Below are positions 17,856-27,395 of a stretch of DNA of 64,000 nucleotides, one piece after another. Both the position numbers and the translations under genes were made by a program. The notes beneath the pieces are model-generated. The model ran no database searches, was not told the DNA's origin, and was given only the letters and a program-made list of their open reading frames with translations. Source of the DNA: an uncultured delta proteobacterium. GTDB taxonomy: Bacteria > Myxococcota_A > Polyangia > Fen-1088. Position 1 is the first letter of the stretch, and every line of letters starts with the position of its first letter. The stretch covers positions 256,001 to 320,000 of the forward strand of contig CAWCMR010000025.1 in assembly GCA_963796685.1 (NCBI GenBank), read 5' to 3'.

Positions 17856-20162
17856 GTGAAGCGAATCGCCATCGCCGTTGCGCTCGTTCTGGTCGGGACC
17901 AGCGTCACCGCGTGCAAGCACAAGCTCCGGCGGACGCCTGCGCAAGCCCGAGTGGACAAAGCCGAATCGCCGCTCCCCTTGCCGAATGCCACCCTCATGC
18001 CCGGCGTGGTCGCGCCGCGCCTCCTGCCCGCAGCGGCCACGGCCTCGTCCCGCCAGCAGGCCATCGAGAGCATCGGCACCTACGAATGGCAGGATTCCAC
18101 CGCGCCCGGGTCGCGCCTGGTGAGCACCAACGGCGATTACTGGACGAATCTCGCGGACCTGGCTTGGCGGCGGGATATCGAGATTCACCTCGACAACGTG
18201 CCACTCGATCTGGACCAAGACGGCCACGTCGACACCCACGTCACGCGAAACATCTCGCTCAAGGGGGGGATCTTCGGCAACCCCGAGGTGTTCGGTCTGG
18301 CCAAGGATCCCGACGAAGCGGCGGGCGCGCGTGGCTATACCTCAGCCAGTACGGGCTTTTCAGGGCTGCGCGATGCGCTCGATTTCGAGACCGGCAAGCC
18401 CACGGGCGAGATCGGCATGACCTGCTGGCTGTGCCATTCGGGGCGCAATCCCGTGGACGGCAAGACCGTGCTCGGGCTGCCCAGCACGCGCCTCGACTAC
18501 GGCCTCATGCTCGCCACGTCGTCGCTTTTCGATCCGAAGCACGTGCTCGACCTCGACCACGACGGCATTCCCGACCGCGAGGCGGACATCAAGCGGCGCA
18601 TGCGCCTGGCCGAATCGCTGGTCCTCGATCTCGATCACGACGGGCGCGTGACCGTGGCCGAGTATCGGCAGGCGCTCAAGCTACCCGACGCCAAGCAGGT
18701 TCAAGCCTCGCTGCTGTCGGCGGGACCGGGACGCCAGGATCTGACCAACGAGTTCGGCCTGGATATGACGGCGCCCGGGCTGCACTCGCTGCGCTACCAA
18801 GACGTCGGCCTCATGCGCACGGGGGCGGCTGGGGTGTTCAATCCCAAGAGCACGCCCAGCTCGCTGGTGGTGCGCTCGCTGTCGGTCATCAACTGGACCG
18901 CGACCTACGCCACGCGCGGCGTGGATTGGCTCGGCCGCTACGCCGAACGCACGGGCTTGCGGCGCGGAGAGGCCTTGGCCGAGCTCGGCATCGAGTTTCC
19001 GCCCGGTCTCGAAGGCGACGCCGATCTCATCAATCGCGCCATGGTCCTCGACACGCGCAGCATCGGGGCCATCGGCCTGCAGGCGGATTCCTTCCCCGGC
19101 ATCATGTATGCGCGCGTGCTTCGCCAGGGCGCGCCCGCGCCGCCCGAGCTGGTACGCGGCCTGCGCCTGAGCTTCGCGGCCACGCCGATCCGCAAGCTGC
19201 TCTACGACACCGACCTTGCCTCCATCGCTCGGCCGGCTGTCGATCCGGCCGCCCTGGCCCGCGGTCGCACGATCTTTTTCGATCGCGTGGTGGGCGACAT
19301 CGTCAACCGGCAGATCCTGGTCGATGTGCCACCGGTCTATGCCGGCAGCCATCTCCAACCACCGCTTCTCGCGCCCATCGACGAGACTCGGCCCCTCTCC
19401 GCGCGCATTCCCGTGCGCTGCGTGTCCTGCCATTCCGCCACCACGCTGGCGACGGAGAAGCCCATCCCCAAGACCGGGCTCGCGATCCCGCGCTGCACGG
19501 ATTGCCATCTCGTGCACGAACCCATGGGACTTCTCGCCATGGCGGGGCTGCGCAAGGGCAACGGCCCGGGCGGACTGGGCTCGATCTTCGACGAGCTCGA
19601 TATCGATCCCGCCGCCAGCGCGGCGAAGGTGCAGGGCACGTGCTCGCACTGCCACGACAGCCATCCCGCCCTGGCCACGCCCATTCCCTACACCAATTGC
19701 AGCATCCTGCCCTTCGACGCCGACGGCGACGGCATCGCACAGGGCGACGAACGCGACGATTTGGCGGCAGGTGGCATCGGCACCGATGCCATGTTCGGCT
19801 TCGAGGTCGATCGGCGGAACCTTTCGGACAAGAACGTGCGCATGCCCATCACGCGCATCCCTTCCGTCCATCGCAAGGGGCCAACCGAATCCGTCCAGAT
19901 CGCCGGACCCTGGGTGCGCACGGCGCCGCTCACCACGCTGGTCGCCTCCGCGCCCTACCTGCACAACGGCTCGGTGCCCACCCTGGAGGCGCTGCTCGAG
20001 CCCACCGACCGGCGCCCGAAGACGTTCACCCTCGGCAGCGGTCAGGGCACCTTCACCTTCGACACCCGCCTGCCCGGCAACCGCAACACCGGCCACGAAT
20101 TCGGCACCAAGCTGAGCGCGCAGGAGAAGCAGGATCTCATCGCGTTCTTGAAGAGCCTGTGA
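17856..20162 (+). CDS. Tetraheme c-type cytochrome lipoprotein, RoxA/di-heme peroxidase superfamily-like, with EF-hand-like loops
   Basis: Lipobox VTAC; four CxxCH motifs (CWLCH, CVSCH, CTDCH, CSHCH); APYLHNGSVPTL and FDTRLPGNRNTGHEFG...LIAFLKSL at the C-terminus; four DxDxDG loops. Confidence 0.82.
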   Translation: MKRIAIAVALVLVGTSVTACKHKLRRTPAQARVDKAESPLPLPNATLMPGVVAPRLLPAAATASSRQQAIESIGTYEWQDSTAPGSRLVSTNGDYWTNLADLAWRRDIEIHLDNVPLDLDQDGHVDTHVTRNISLKGGIFGNPEVFGLAKDPDEAAGARGYTSASTGFSGLRDALDFETGKPTGEIGMTCWLCHSGRNPVDGKTVLGLPSTRLDYGLMLATSSLFDPKHVLDLDHDGIPDREADIKRRMRLAESLVLDLDHDGRVTVAEYRQALKLPDAKQVQASLLSAGPGRQDLTNEFGLDMTAPGLHSLRYQDVGLMRTGAAGVFNPKSTPSSLVVRSLSVINWTATYATRGVDWLGRYAERTGLRRGEALAELGIEFPPGLEGDADLINRAMVLDTRSIGAIGLQADSFPGIMYARVLRQGAPAPPELVRGLRLSFAATPIRKLLYDTDLASIARPAVDPAALARGRTIFFDRVVGDIVNRQILVDVPPVYAGSHLQPPLLAPIDETRPLSARIPVRCVSCHSATTLATEKPIPKTGLAIPRCTDCHLVHEPMGLLAMAGLRKGNGPGGLGSIFDELDIDPAASAAKVQGTCSHCHDSHPALATPIPYTNCSILPFDADGDGIAQGDERDDLAAGGIGTDAMFGFEVDRRNLSDKNVRMPITRIPSVHRKGPTESVQIAGPWVRTAPLTTLVASAPYLHNGSVPTLEALLEPTDRRPKTFTLGSGQGTFTFDTRLPGNRNTGHEFGTKLSAQEKQDLIAFLKSL

Positions 20163-20181
20163 GCTTCGCCCGTCCGCGCCG

Positions 20182-21325
20182 TTACGCGCTCTCACGGATG
20201 GCGACCGGCAAACGGCGGTTGCCCCACGTGCCGGGCAGACCGTCGAAGCGACCCACGCACTTCGTTCCGCACGACTTGCAACTCCCGGTCTCCGTCAGTG
20301 CCCACGTGGTGACTTCGTAACCGTGGCGGCCGATGAGCCTTTCGCCGCAGCCGGTGCAGAACGTGGTTTCACCCTCGTCGTCGCGCAAATTGCCGATGTA
20401 GACGTGGCGCAGACCGTTGCCGAGCGCGATGGCGCGCGCCCGCCGCAACGTCGCAAGCGGCGTCGCGGGGTGGTCGAGCAGACGAAAATCGGGATGAAAG
20501 GCCGTGAAGTGCAGCGGAACCTCGGCGCCGAGATTGGCGACCAGCCAGCGGGTCATTGCGTCCAGCTCTGCGTCGCCGTCGTTTTCCCCGGGGATGAGCA
20601 AGGTCGTGATCTCGAGCCAGACCCCGGTCTTCGCGCGCAAGTACACCAGGGTATCGAGAACGCGGTGGAGCTTCCCCTTGGAGAAGCTCGCGATAAAAGC
20701 GCTCCGAAAAGCCCTTCAGATCCACGTTGGCCGCATCGATGTGCCGGTAAAACTCCTCGCGCGGCGCCGGCATCATATATCCCGCCGTCACCGCGACGGT
20801 CCGTACGTCGAGCCGGTGGCAAGCGTCGGCCACGTCGACCGCGTACTCGAAGAACACCACCGGATCGTTGTAGGTCATGGCCACGCTCCGGCAGCCCCGG
20901 CGCACCGCCGCGGCCGCAATGGCGTCGGGGGTGGCGCTGTCGCTCATGGCCTCCACGTCGCGCGCGCGGCTGGTCTCCCAGTTCTGGCAGAACTTGCACA
21001 TCAGGTTGCACCCCGCGGTGCCGAAGGACAGCACGGGCGTGCCTGGCAAAAAGTGAAACAGGGGCTTCTTCTCGATGGGATCGATGCAGAACCCGGTCGA
21101 CCGTCCATAGCTCGTCAGAACAATTTCGCCATCGCGACAGGCGCGCACGAAGCACACGCCGCGCTGGCCTTCTTGCAAGCGGCAGGCGCGTGGACACATC
21201 TCGCACACCGTGCGTCCGTCGTCGTCGCGACGGAAGTAGCGCGTCGCTATCGTGTGGCTGTCGAGATCCGCGCGAACATCGTTCCCGTCTCCGCGCAAGC
21301 CGGCGAGCTTTCTTTCCGCTCCCAT
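20182..21325 (-). CDS. amrS: AmmeMemoRadiSam system radical SAM enzyme (one +1 frameshift near 20668-20689, probably a sequencing error)
   Basis: CEMCPRAC, DPIEKKPLFHFLPG, CNLMCKFCQNW and AANVDLKGF; continues in a second frame as VWLEITTLLIPGEND, PLHFTAFHPD. Confidence 0.9.
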
Positions 21326-21379
21326 GATGAACCCGCGCCAAGTATGGCACGGGCGGCAGGGTTGGCCTGCGGGACTTGG

Positions 21380-22660
21380 CTATGGACAGCTCCCGGTCCT
21401 GCACGCGCCCGACAGGCATGTTCCCGCGCCCCCCGTGATAGAGCCGCAGCAGGGCTGACCCGGTCCACCGCAGGCTACGCAGCTCGACTGTGCGCCCGGC
21501 CCGACCGCGGTCTGGCAGTTGAGGCCGGCAAAACAAGTGGCCGTACCTCCGGTGGTGGTATTGGGGCAACAGGGTTGCTCGGCTCCGCCACAAGCCACAC
21601 AAGTCGCCTGACCACCGATCCCGGGTGCGGTCTGACAGAGGGTATTCGGTGCCGTGCAGCGGCTATTGACGCAGCATGGATCTCCAAGGCCGCCGCAGGC
21701 CCCACAGGCGCCCGCCGAGCAGGTGTAGGTGATGCTGGGGCTGCACGCCAATCCCGCAGCCTTGCACGTCGCGGTGCCGCTACCAGTCGGCTGGGCGATG
21801 CAGCACCCGCCATCGAGACAGAGATTTCCCGGGCAGCACGGGTCGCCGTTGCCTCCACAGGCGGCGCAGGTCGTCGAGGTCGGGAACGTGGTGGTCTGGC
21901 AGATCGTGTTGGCGGCCGTGCAGCTGGAGCTCGTGCAGCACGTTCCGTTGGCGCCGCCACACGTGCCGCACGCCCCGTTGGCGCAGATCCCCGAGAAGGG
22001 GCTGGGACAGGTCTTTCCGCTGGCGACGCACACGCCGTTCGCGCAGCACCCATTGTTCGAGCAGACATTGCCCGCACAGCAAAATTGCCCGGATCCACCA
22101 CAGGAAGACGCCGGGGGAGCATCGCTGCCGGTCTCCGGGCCCATCGCACTGTCTCTTTCGTCCGCGCCGCCATCCGCCGCCGAGTCGTCCGCCACGATGG
22201 CATCCTGTGGGGCGTCGGCCACGCCAGGGACGTCCAGCGCGGTCCCATCCGCGTCCGAGGCGACGCGTGAATCGTCGCGGGTCCCCTCGGCGTCCACCTC
22301 CAAGGCTGGCGCCAGATCGCCCGCAACATCCTCGCCTGGTTCCGCCGCCCGAGATTCGGCGTCATCCGACGACGCAAGAGCCGGCTCGTCGGCGGGGGTG
22401 TCGTGCTCGGAGGGGAGGCTGGTATCGTTCTCGATGACCACGGTATCAGCCGGGACCTCGGCCACGTCCCGGGTGTCGGCGCCCACGGTGGCGCCATCGA
22501 GCGGGCCGTCGGCGTGATCCGCAGTCGTACTTGCATCCTGGTTGGGCGTACCGCGCAGCTTGCCGGCATCGAAGGAGCACCCTGCCCAACCGGCCACGAC
22601 GACGATCAAGAGCCACTTGGGCTGGGACAGCCACATGCACAGCGGCACTGCCCTCTTCAT
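21380..22660 (-). CDS. Cys-rich repeat lipoprotein (6 CGGxxxxCC modules) with acidic linker
   Basis: Lipobox WAGC, an Asp/Ala-rich linker, and the same repeat type as 851-2497. Confidence 0.82.
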   Translation of the reverse strand: MKRAVPLCMWLSQPKWLLIVVVAGWAGCSFDAGKLRGTPNQDASTTADHADGPLDGATVGADTRDVAEVPADTVVIENDTSLPSEHDTPADEPALASSDDAESRAAEPGEDVAGDLAPALEVDAEGTRDDSRVASDADGTALDVPGVADAPQDAIVADDSAADGGADERDSAMGPETGSDAPPASSCGGSGQFCCAGNVCSNNGCCANGVCVASGKTCPSPFSGICANGACGTCGGANGTCCTSSSCTAANTICQTTTFPTSTTCAACGGNGDPCCPGNLCLDGGCCIAQPTGSGTATCKAAGLACSPSITYTCSAGACGACGGLGDPCCVNSRCTAPNTLCQTAPGIGGQATCVACGGAEQPCCPNTTTGGTATCFAGLNCQTAVGPGAQSSCVACGGPGQPCCGSITGGAGTCLSGACRTGSCP

Positions 22661-22662
22661 GG

Positions 22663-23658
22663 CTAGAACCGCAGCCCTCCGGCAAATCCGACCGTTTCAC
22701 CGGCCATGGGCACCACGGTGACGGGATGGCCTTCGACAAAGAAAAGGATCCCCGCCGTGACCGCCGAGACCCCGGCCAGGGCCCACATCGCGTTCGCGAC
22801 ATTCCGGCGCGTGGCCACCGCGCTGATGTCGCTTTCGCTGCAACCTGGCTGGTTCGGACTGGCGCTGCCGCAGGTCTTTTCCAGGCTGTCGTACTTCGAT
22901 TGCATGGCAAGGCCGGCCGTGACGGCGCCAGCGCCGAAGAGAACGGCAGAGCCGGCGGCCACCCAGGTCCAGGTGCGCCCCATCCACCAGCCTGCGGAGG
23001 ATTCGGCTGGCTTGACTTCCCGGTTGGCCGACCTCGTCTCTTCGGACGACAGATCGACTCGTCCCGCCGGCTGCACGGTGCGGGATGGCCGTGGAGCAAC
23101 GACTTCTTCCGGTGCCTGCAGGACCAGGCGAACGGGCAGTACCTCGCCCACGCGAACCTCGACGTTCTCGATGGCGGGCGGATAGTTCCAGTGGCGTGCG
23201 GTTACCTGGTGCCGGCCTGGCGTTGCCCACAAGAGCTTGGTCAGCGGCGTCAGTCCGACATCCCTGCCGTCGAGGCTGATGGTCGCGTTTTCGATTGGGC
23301 ATTCGACCCGAAGTCGTCCCAGCTTCATCTGCAGCTCGTCCACCGACCTCCGGGCCTCTTCGATGGTCTCGGGCGCGGCATCTCCGGCACCGATCAAGAA
23401 CTGCTCGAAGGCCTCCAGGGCTTCCGCCGGACGGCCAAGGTCGCGATTGGCCTGTCCGATGTTGAAGAGCAGCTTGGGCGAATCGTAGGCCGCGAAGGCT
23501 TGTTTGAATTTTTCGAGCGCATCGGCGTAATCCCCCTTCTCGTACAAGGCCGAGCCCTCGGTGAGCAACGATTGAGCCTTGGCCTTGGCCTCCGTGTTGG
23601 TGGCCGGATCGGAAGACTGCGCGAGCAAACCTAGCAAGAGGAGAAAAGTCGTGTGCAT
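22663..23658 (-). CDS. TPR + PEGA domain protein with hydrophobic hairpin and C-terminal aromatic residue
   Basis: Signal peptide; TPR-like helices (LLFNIGQANRDLGR); PEGA (ISLDGRDVGLTPL...PGRHQVT); two hydrophobic helices; ends ...FAGGLRF. Confidence 0.85.
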   Translation of the reverse strand: MHTTFLLLLGLLAQSSDPATNTEAKAKAQSLLTEGSALYEKGDYADALEKFKQAFAAYDSPKLLFNIGQANRDLGRPAEALEAFEQFLIGAGDAAPETIEEARRSVDELQMKLGRLRVECPIENATISLDGRDVGLTPLTKLLWATPGRHQVTARHWNYPPAIENVEVRVGEVLPVRLVLQAPEEVVAPRPSRTVQPAGRVDLSSEETRSANREVKPAESSAGWWMGRTWTWVAAGSAVLFGAGAVTAGLAMQSKYDSLEKTCGSASPNQPGCSESDISAVATRRNVANAMWALAGVSAVTAGILFFVEGHPVTVVPMAGETVGFAGGLRF

Positions 23659-23659
23659 G

Positions 23660-25144
23660 TCACAGTTCTTTGATGATCGTCCGTTTGACCGTGGGTTGAG
23701 GTGAGCGCGCGGGCCGGCCGGTTTCGTGGCCGTGAAGCAACTCTGGCGACGGCGCTGGCGTTTTGCCTTTCTTGCGCTTGTCGCCGGTCACGTCCCCTTC
23801 GAATGGATCCTCGGCTTTTGCCATCTGTGCCTTCTTGGATCTGGCTCTGCCTGCGGTTCCCCTCGTCGGCGTTTCGACCAGCTTCGGTGTCTCGGCTGCG
23901 TGCGGCGGGGGTGCCGGCGTCGTCGGCAGCGGCGAAATCGGTGGCAACGTGACGACGGAAGGCCGAACCGGGGCCTCCGCGGTGCCAATCGACGGTGGCC
24001 GAGGACGGAGCAAGAAGACGGCACCGGCCAGCAACAAAGCACCCGCCAACACGGCCATGGCGTAGAGGGGCCTCAGACCGATTCTCGACCAGTTCCTCGT
24101 CGGAATCTGATCGGTCATCTCGCCGGCGGTGCGCGAGAAAGTGGTGAGGTGCCTTGGGGTGCGCGCCTTGGTCTCCGCCGCCACGGTCGCGGCCAAGTCC
24201 GGCCGCGCTGGAGCACTCGCGCTCGACAGCGAAGAATGCGACAGCATCACCGGCAGCGGGGTCAGATCGGCGGGCCGCCCCAAGGCCGCTGTCTCGAAGG
24301 CGTGGGCAAACTCGCGAATCGATGGAAAGCGATCCCGAGGGGATTTCGACAGGGCTCGCAACAACACCGCCTCGGCCTCTGGCGCCAGACCGGGCACGCG
24401 CAGCAACAGCGATTGCGGCTGCAGGTTCATGACCTGGTAGAAGAGCGCCGTGACGTCGTCCGCCACGAACGGGGTATGGCCGCACAGCATTTCCCACGTA
24501 ATGCAGGCCAGCGCCCACTGATCCACGGGATGGTCGATCTCGTCGGTCTTGCCCGAGGCCTGCTCGGGCGACATGTAGTTCGGCGTGCCCAGCGCAACCG
24601 CTGCCTTGGTGAGCTTGACTCCCGCCGCCTTCACCTTCGAGATGCCGAAATCGAGCACCTTCACGAACTCGAGCTCGCCTGGAACATTGAGGAGAAAGAT
24701 ATTCGCCGGCTTGAGATCCCGGTGCACGATACCCTGGGCGTGCGCCGCGGCCAGCGCCGAGGCGGTCTGCTTGGTGATGTGGACCGCCAGATCGATGGCC
24801 AGGGAGCCACGACGGCCCAGCCGCTGGTCCAAGTCCTCACCGTCGAGGAATTCCATCACCAAGTAAGGCTCGCCGGCTTCGGAAGCGCCGAAATCGACGA
24901 CGTTCACCAGGTGGGGATGCCCGAGCCGCGAGGTGATCTCGGCCTCGCGACGGAATCGGGCCAGCGCATCCTGGTTGGCGGTCAACTGGCGCGCCATCAG
25001 CTTGACGGCCACGCGCTTGTTGAGACGAAGCTGGATCGCCTCGTACACGGCGCCCATGCCACCTTCGCCGATGAGACGCGTAATGCGGTACGCGCCTTCG
25101 AGGACGGTGCCTAGGCGTGTGTCCCACTGGGTCTCAGCCGGCAT
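23660..25144 (-). CDS. Membrane Ser/Thr protein kinase
   Basis: GEGGMGAVY, VAVK, HRDLKPAN, DFG and GTPNYMSPEQ; one TM segment; Pro-rich tail ending IIKEL. Confidence 0.95.
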   Translation of the reverse strand: MPAETQWDTRLGTVLEGAYRITRLIGEGGMGAVYEAIQLRLNKRVAVKLMARQLTANQDALARFRREAEITSRLGHPHLVNVVDFGASEAGEPYLVMEFLDGEDLDQRLGRRGSLAIDLAVHITKQTASALAAAHAQGIVHRDLKPANIFLLNVPGELEFVKVLDFGISKVKAAGVKLTKAAVALGTPNYMSPEQASGKTDEIDHPVDQWALACITWEMLCGHTPFVADDVTALFYQVMNLQPQSLLLRVPGLAPEAEAVLLRALSKSPRDRFPSIREFAHAFETAALGRPADLTPLPVMLSHSSLSSASAPARPDLAATVAAETKARTPRHLTTFSRTAGEMTDQIPTRNWSRIGLRPLYAMAVLAGALLLAGAVFLLRPRPPSIGTAEAPVRPSVVTLPPISPLPTTPAPPPHAAETPKLVETPTRGTAGRARSKKAQMAKAEDPFEGDVTGDKRKKGKTPAPSPELLHGHETGRPARSPQPTVKRTIIKEL

Positions 25145-25392
25145 GACTCGACCATTGCTCCGTTCGATCGTCAGACTTCTCTTTGCGGTAAGCGTTGAGC
25201 CGCTCCGGTGCGTAGCGGCTCTCTTGAGCATAACACGTCTCGGGTACCTCCAGCGACAAGGCCGCGTTCCAGACCTTCCACGGGTGCGCCATGCGTCCGC
25301 GGCTCTGCTCCAACCAGTCAAGCACAACCAGGTGTGGACAGGCCACACATGTCGGCGCCTGTTCCCCGCGCGGAACCGAGGTAAAGTAGGGC

Positions 25393-26229
25393 ATGCGCAC
25401 GCGGAACCCAGCCTTTGCCGGCATGTTCTATTCGGACAAGCCTCAGGAGCTTGCCGCGGCCGTGAAGGGTTTCGTCGCCGAGGCCGCGCCGCCCGCCAAG
25501 CTTGAGCCTGCCAAGGCCGTGGTCGCACCCCACGCGGGTTACATCTACTCCGGTCCTGTCGCCGGCAGCGCCTACGCGTCATTGAGTGGGTGGACCGGGT
25601 GGACCGCGCAGGCCGCGCGCGCAAGCCAAGTCGAGCGAGTCGTCTTGCTTGGCCCTTCGCACCGGGTGGCCTTCGCCGGCGTGGCGACCAGCGGCGCGGA
25701 GGTTTTCGAAACTCCCATCGGCCCGGTCGCGGTCGATCGAGAGGCCGTCGCCTCGCTCGTCCACAGCGGGCTCGCACGCGAATTCGAGGCCGCGCACGCG
25801 AACGAGCACAGCCTGGAAGTCCAATTGCCTTTCCTCAAGCAGATTTTTCCCGAGGCACGCGTGGTGCCGCTCTTGGCCGGGGACGACGACTGGCGCGCCG
25901 CCGAACGGGCTCTGGATGCGCTCTGGGGGGGCGACGAAACCGCCGTCGTGGTCAGCTCCGATCTCAGCCACTACCACGACTACGCGACGGCGCGGAAGAT
26001 CGACGCCCACACCGCCGAGACCGTGGAACGCCTTGCGGCCGGCGAGGTAAACCACGAGCAGGCCTGCGGGGCCACCGGCGTCAACGCCCTTCTGGCGATG
26101 GCCGCGAAGAAGATGCTGGCGTGTACGATCTTGGATCTGCGCAATTCCGGCGACACCGCGGGTCCGAGAAATCGCGTGGTAGGCTATGGTGCTTTCGCCT
26201 TCGGCGTGCGCGCAGCTTCCCTGCAGTAG
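25393..26229 (+). CDS. amrB: AmmeMemoRadiSam system protein B (MEMO1 family)
   Basis: PAFAGMFY, PHAGYIYSG, LGPSH, EHSLEVQLPFL, SSDLSHY, NSGDTAG, VVGYG. Confidence 0.95.
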   Translation: MRTRNPAFAGMFYSDKPQELAAAVKGFVAEAAPPAKLEPAKAVVAPHAGYIYSGPVAGSAYASLSGWTGWTAQAARASQVERVVLLGPSHRVAFAGVATSGAEVFETPIGPVAVDREAVASLVHSGLAREFEAAHANEHSLEVQLPFLKQIFPEARVVPLLAGDDDWRAAERALDALWGGDETAVVVSSDLSHYHDYATARKIDAHTAETVERLAAGEVNHEQACGATGVNALLAMAAKKMLACTILDLRNSGDTAGPRNRVVGYGAFAFGVRAASLQ

Positions 26230-26268
26230 GAGGGGGCGAATCGCGACGGTCCGGTGTAGCATGCCAGC

Positions 26269-27279
26269 GTGAATCCGACGCGAAGCGTGTCGATGGTGGT
26301 CCCCTGCTACAATGAGGCAGAGTCCCTCCCCCACCTCCTGCCCAAGCTGGACGCCGCCGTCGCCGGTCTGCGCGAGCGTGGGGTCGAGGCCGAGGTCATT
26401 CTGGTCGACGACGGAAGCCACGATCAATCGCCGACCCTAATGCGCGAAGCAACCCTCACCCGGCCCTACCTGAAGACCATCCATCTCGCTCGCAATTTCG
26501 GCCAGACCGCGGCCATGGCCGCCGGGTTCGATGCCGCCCGGCACGAGGTGGTGGTTCCGCTCGACGCCGATCTCCAAAACGATCCCTCCGACGTTGTCAC
26601 CCTGCTCGACAAGCTGGACCAGGGCTTCGATGTGGTTTCCGGTTGGAGACGCCGGCGCAAGGACGTGCTCGTCACGCGCAAGATCCCGTCGTGGATCGCC
26701 AACGCCATCATCTCGGCGGCATCCGGCGTTCGCTTGCACGACTACGGTTGCACGCTCAAGGCCTACCGTCGCTTCGTCCTGCAAGGCGTGCACCTCTATG
26801 GCGAGATGCACAGGTTCATCCCCATCTACGCCGCCCAGCGCGGGGCGCGCGTGGCCGAGGTCGAGGTGGCGCATCACCAGCGTCAATACGGCGAAACCAA
26901 GTACGGACTGCGGCGCATCCCCAACGTACTTCTCGACCTGACCCTGTCGCAGATGCTGTGGAAATACGGCACCAAACCCATGCACCTGTTCGGCAAGTTC
27001 GGCCTGCTCAGCATGGGACTGTCCATTCTCTTCTTCTTGATCATGGTCTGGTACAAGTTCTGGGGCGGCAAGGACTTCGTGGCCACGCCCCTGCCCCACC
27101 TGACCGTGATGTCGTTTCTCGTGGGCTGTCTCTCGATCTTGATGGGCCTTCTGGCCGAGATGACCATGCGCACCTACTACGAGTCCTCGCAGACCGCGAC
27201 CTACGTGGTGCGCGAGATCTGCACCCACGGCGAGTCGATGGACATGAGCGAAACCCCGGCGCCGGTCGCACGCCCATGA
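26269..27279 (+). CDS. Glycosyltransferase family 2 (ArnC/DPM1-like polyprenol-phosphate GT)
   Basis: VVPCYNE, VDDGS, RNFGQTAA, DADLQNDP, HDYGCTLKAYR; two C-terminal TM segments. Confidence 0.92.
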   Translation: MNPTRSVSMVVPCYNEAESLPHLLPKLDAAVAGLRERGVEAEVILVDDGSHDQSPTLMREATLTRPYLKTIHLARNFGQTAAMAAGFDAARHEVVVPLDADLQNDPSDVVTLLDKLDQGFDVVSGWRRRRKDVLVTRKIPSWIANAIISAASGVRLHDYGCTLKAYRRFVLQGVHLYGEMHRFIPIYAAQRGARVAEVEVAHHQRQYGETKYGLRRIPNVLLDLTLSQMLWKYGTKPMHLFGKFGLLSMGLSILFFLIMVWYKFWGGKDFVATPLPHLTVMSFLVGCLSILMGLLAEMTMRTYYESSQTATYVVREICTHGESMDMSETPAPVARP

Positions 27280-27395
27280 TTGGTGGGGTGGCACGCGTCC
27301 CGAAACACGGCGCATTGTTCCGTCAAGTTCATGAACCATTCCTACGAGGTAGCTGCTACTGGGTGGCTATGAGTATCTGCCCACATCGGAGGAAC

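Noticed and set aside
17438-20320. 960-aa ORF and the many other long overlapping Arg/Ala/Pro-rich ORFs in the track
   Set aside because: These are shadow frames of high-GC coding DNA. They have no motifs and overlap well-supported genes.
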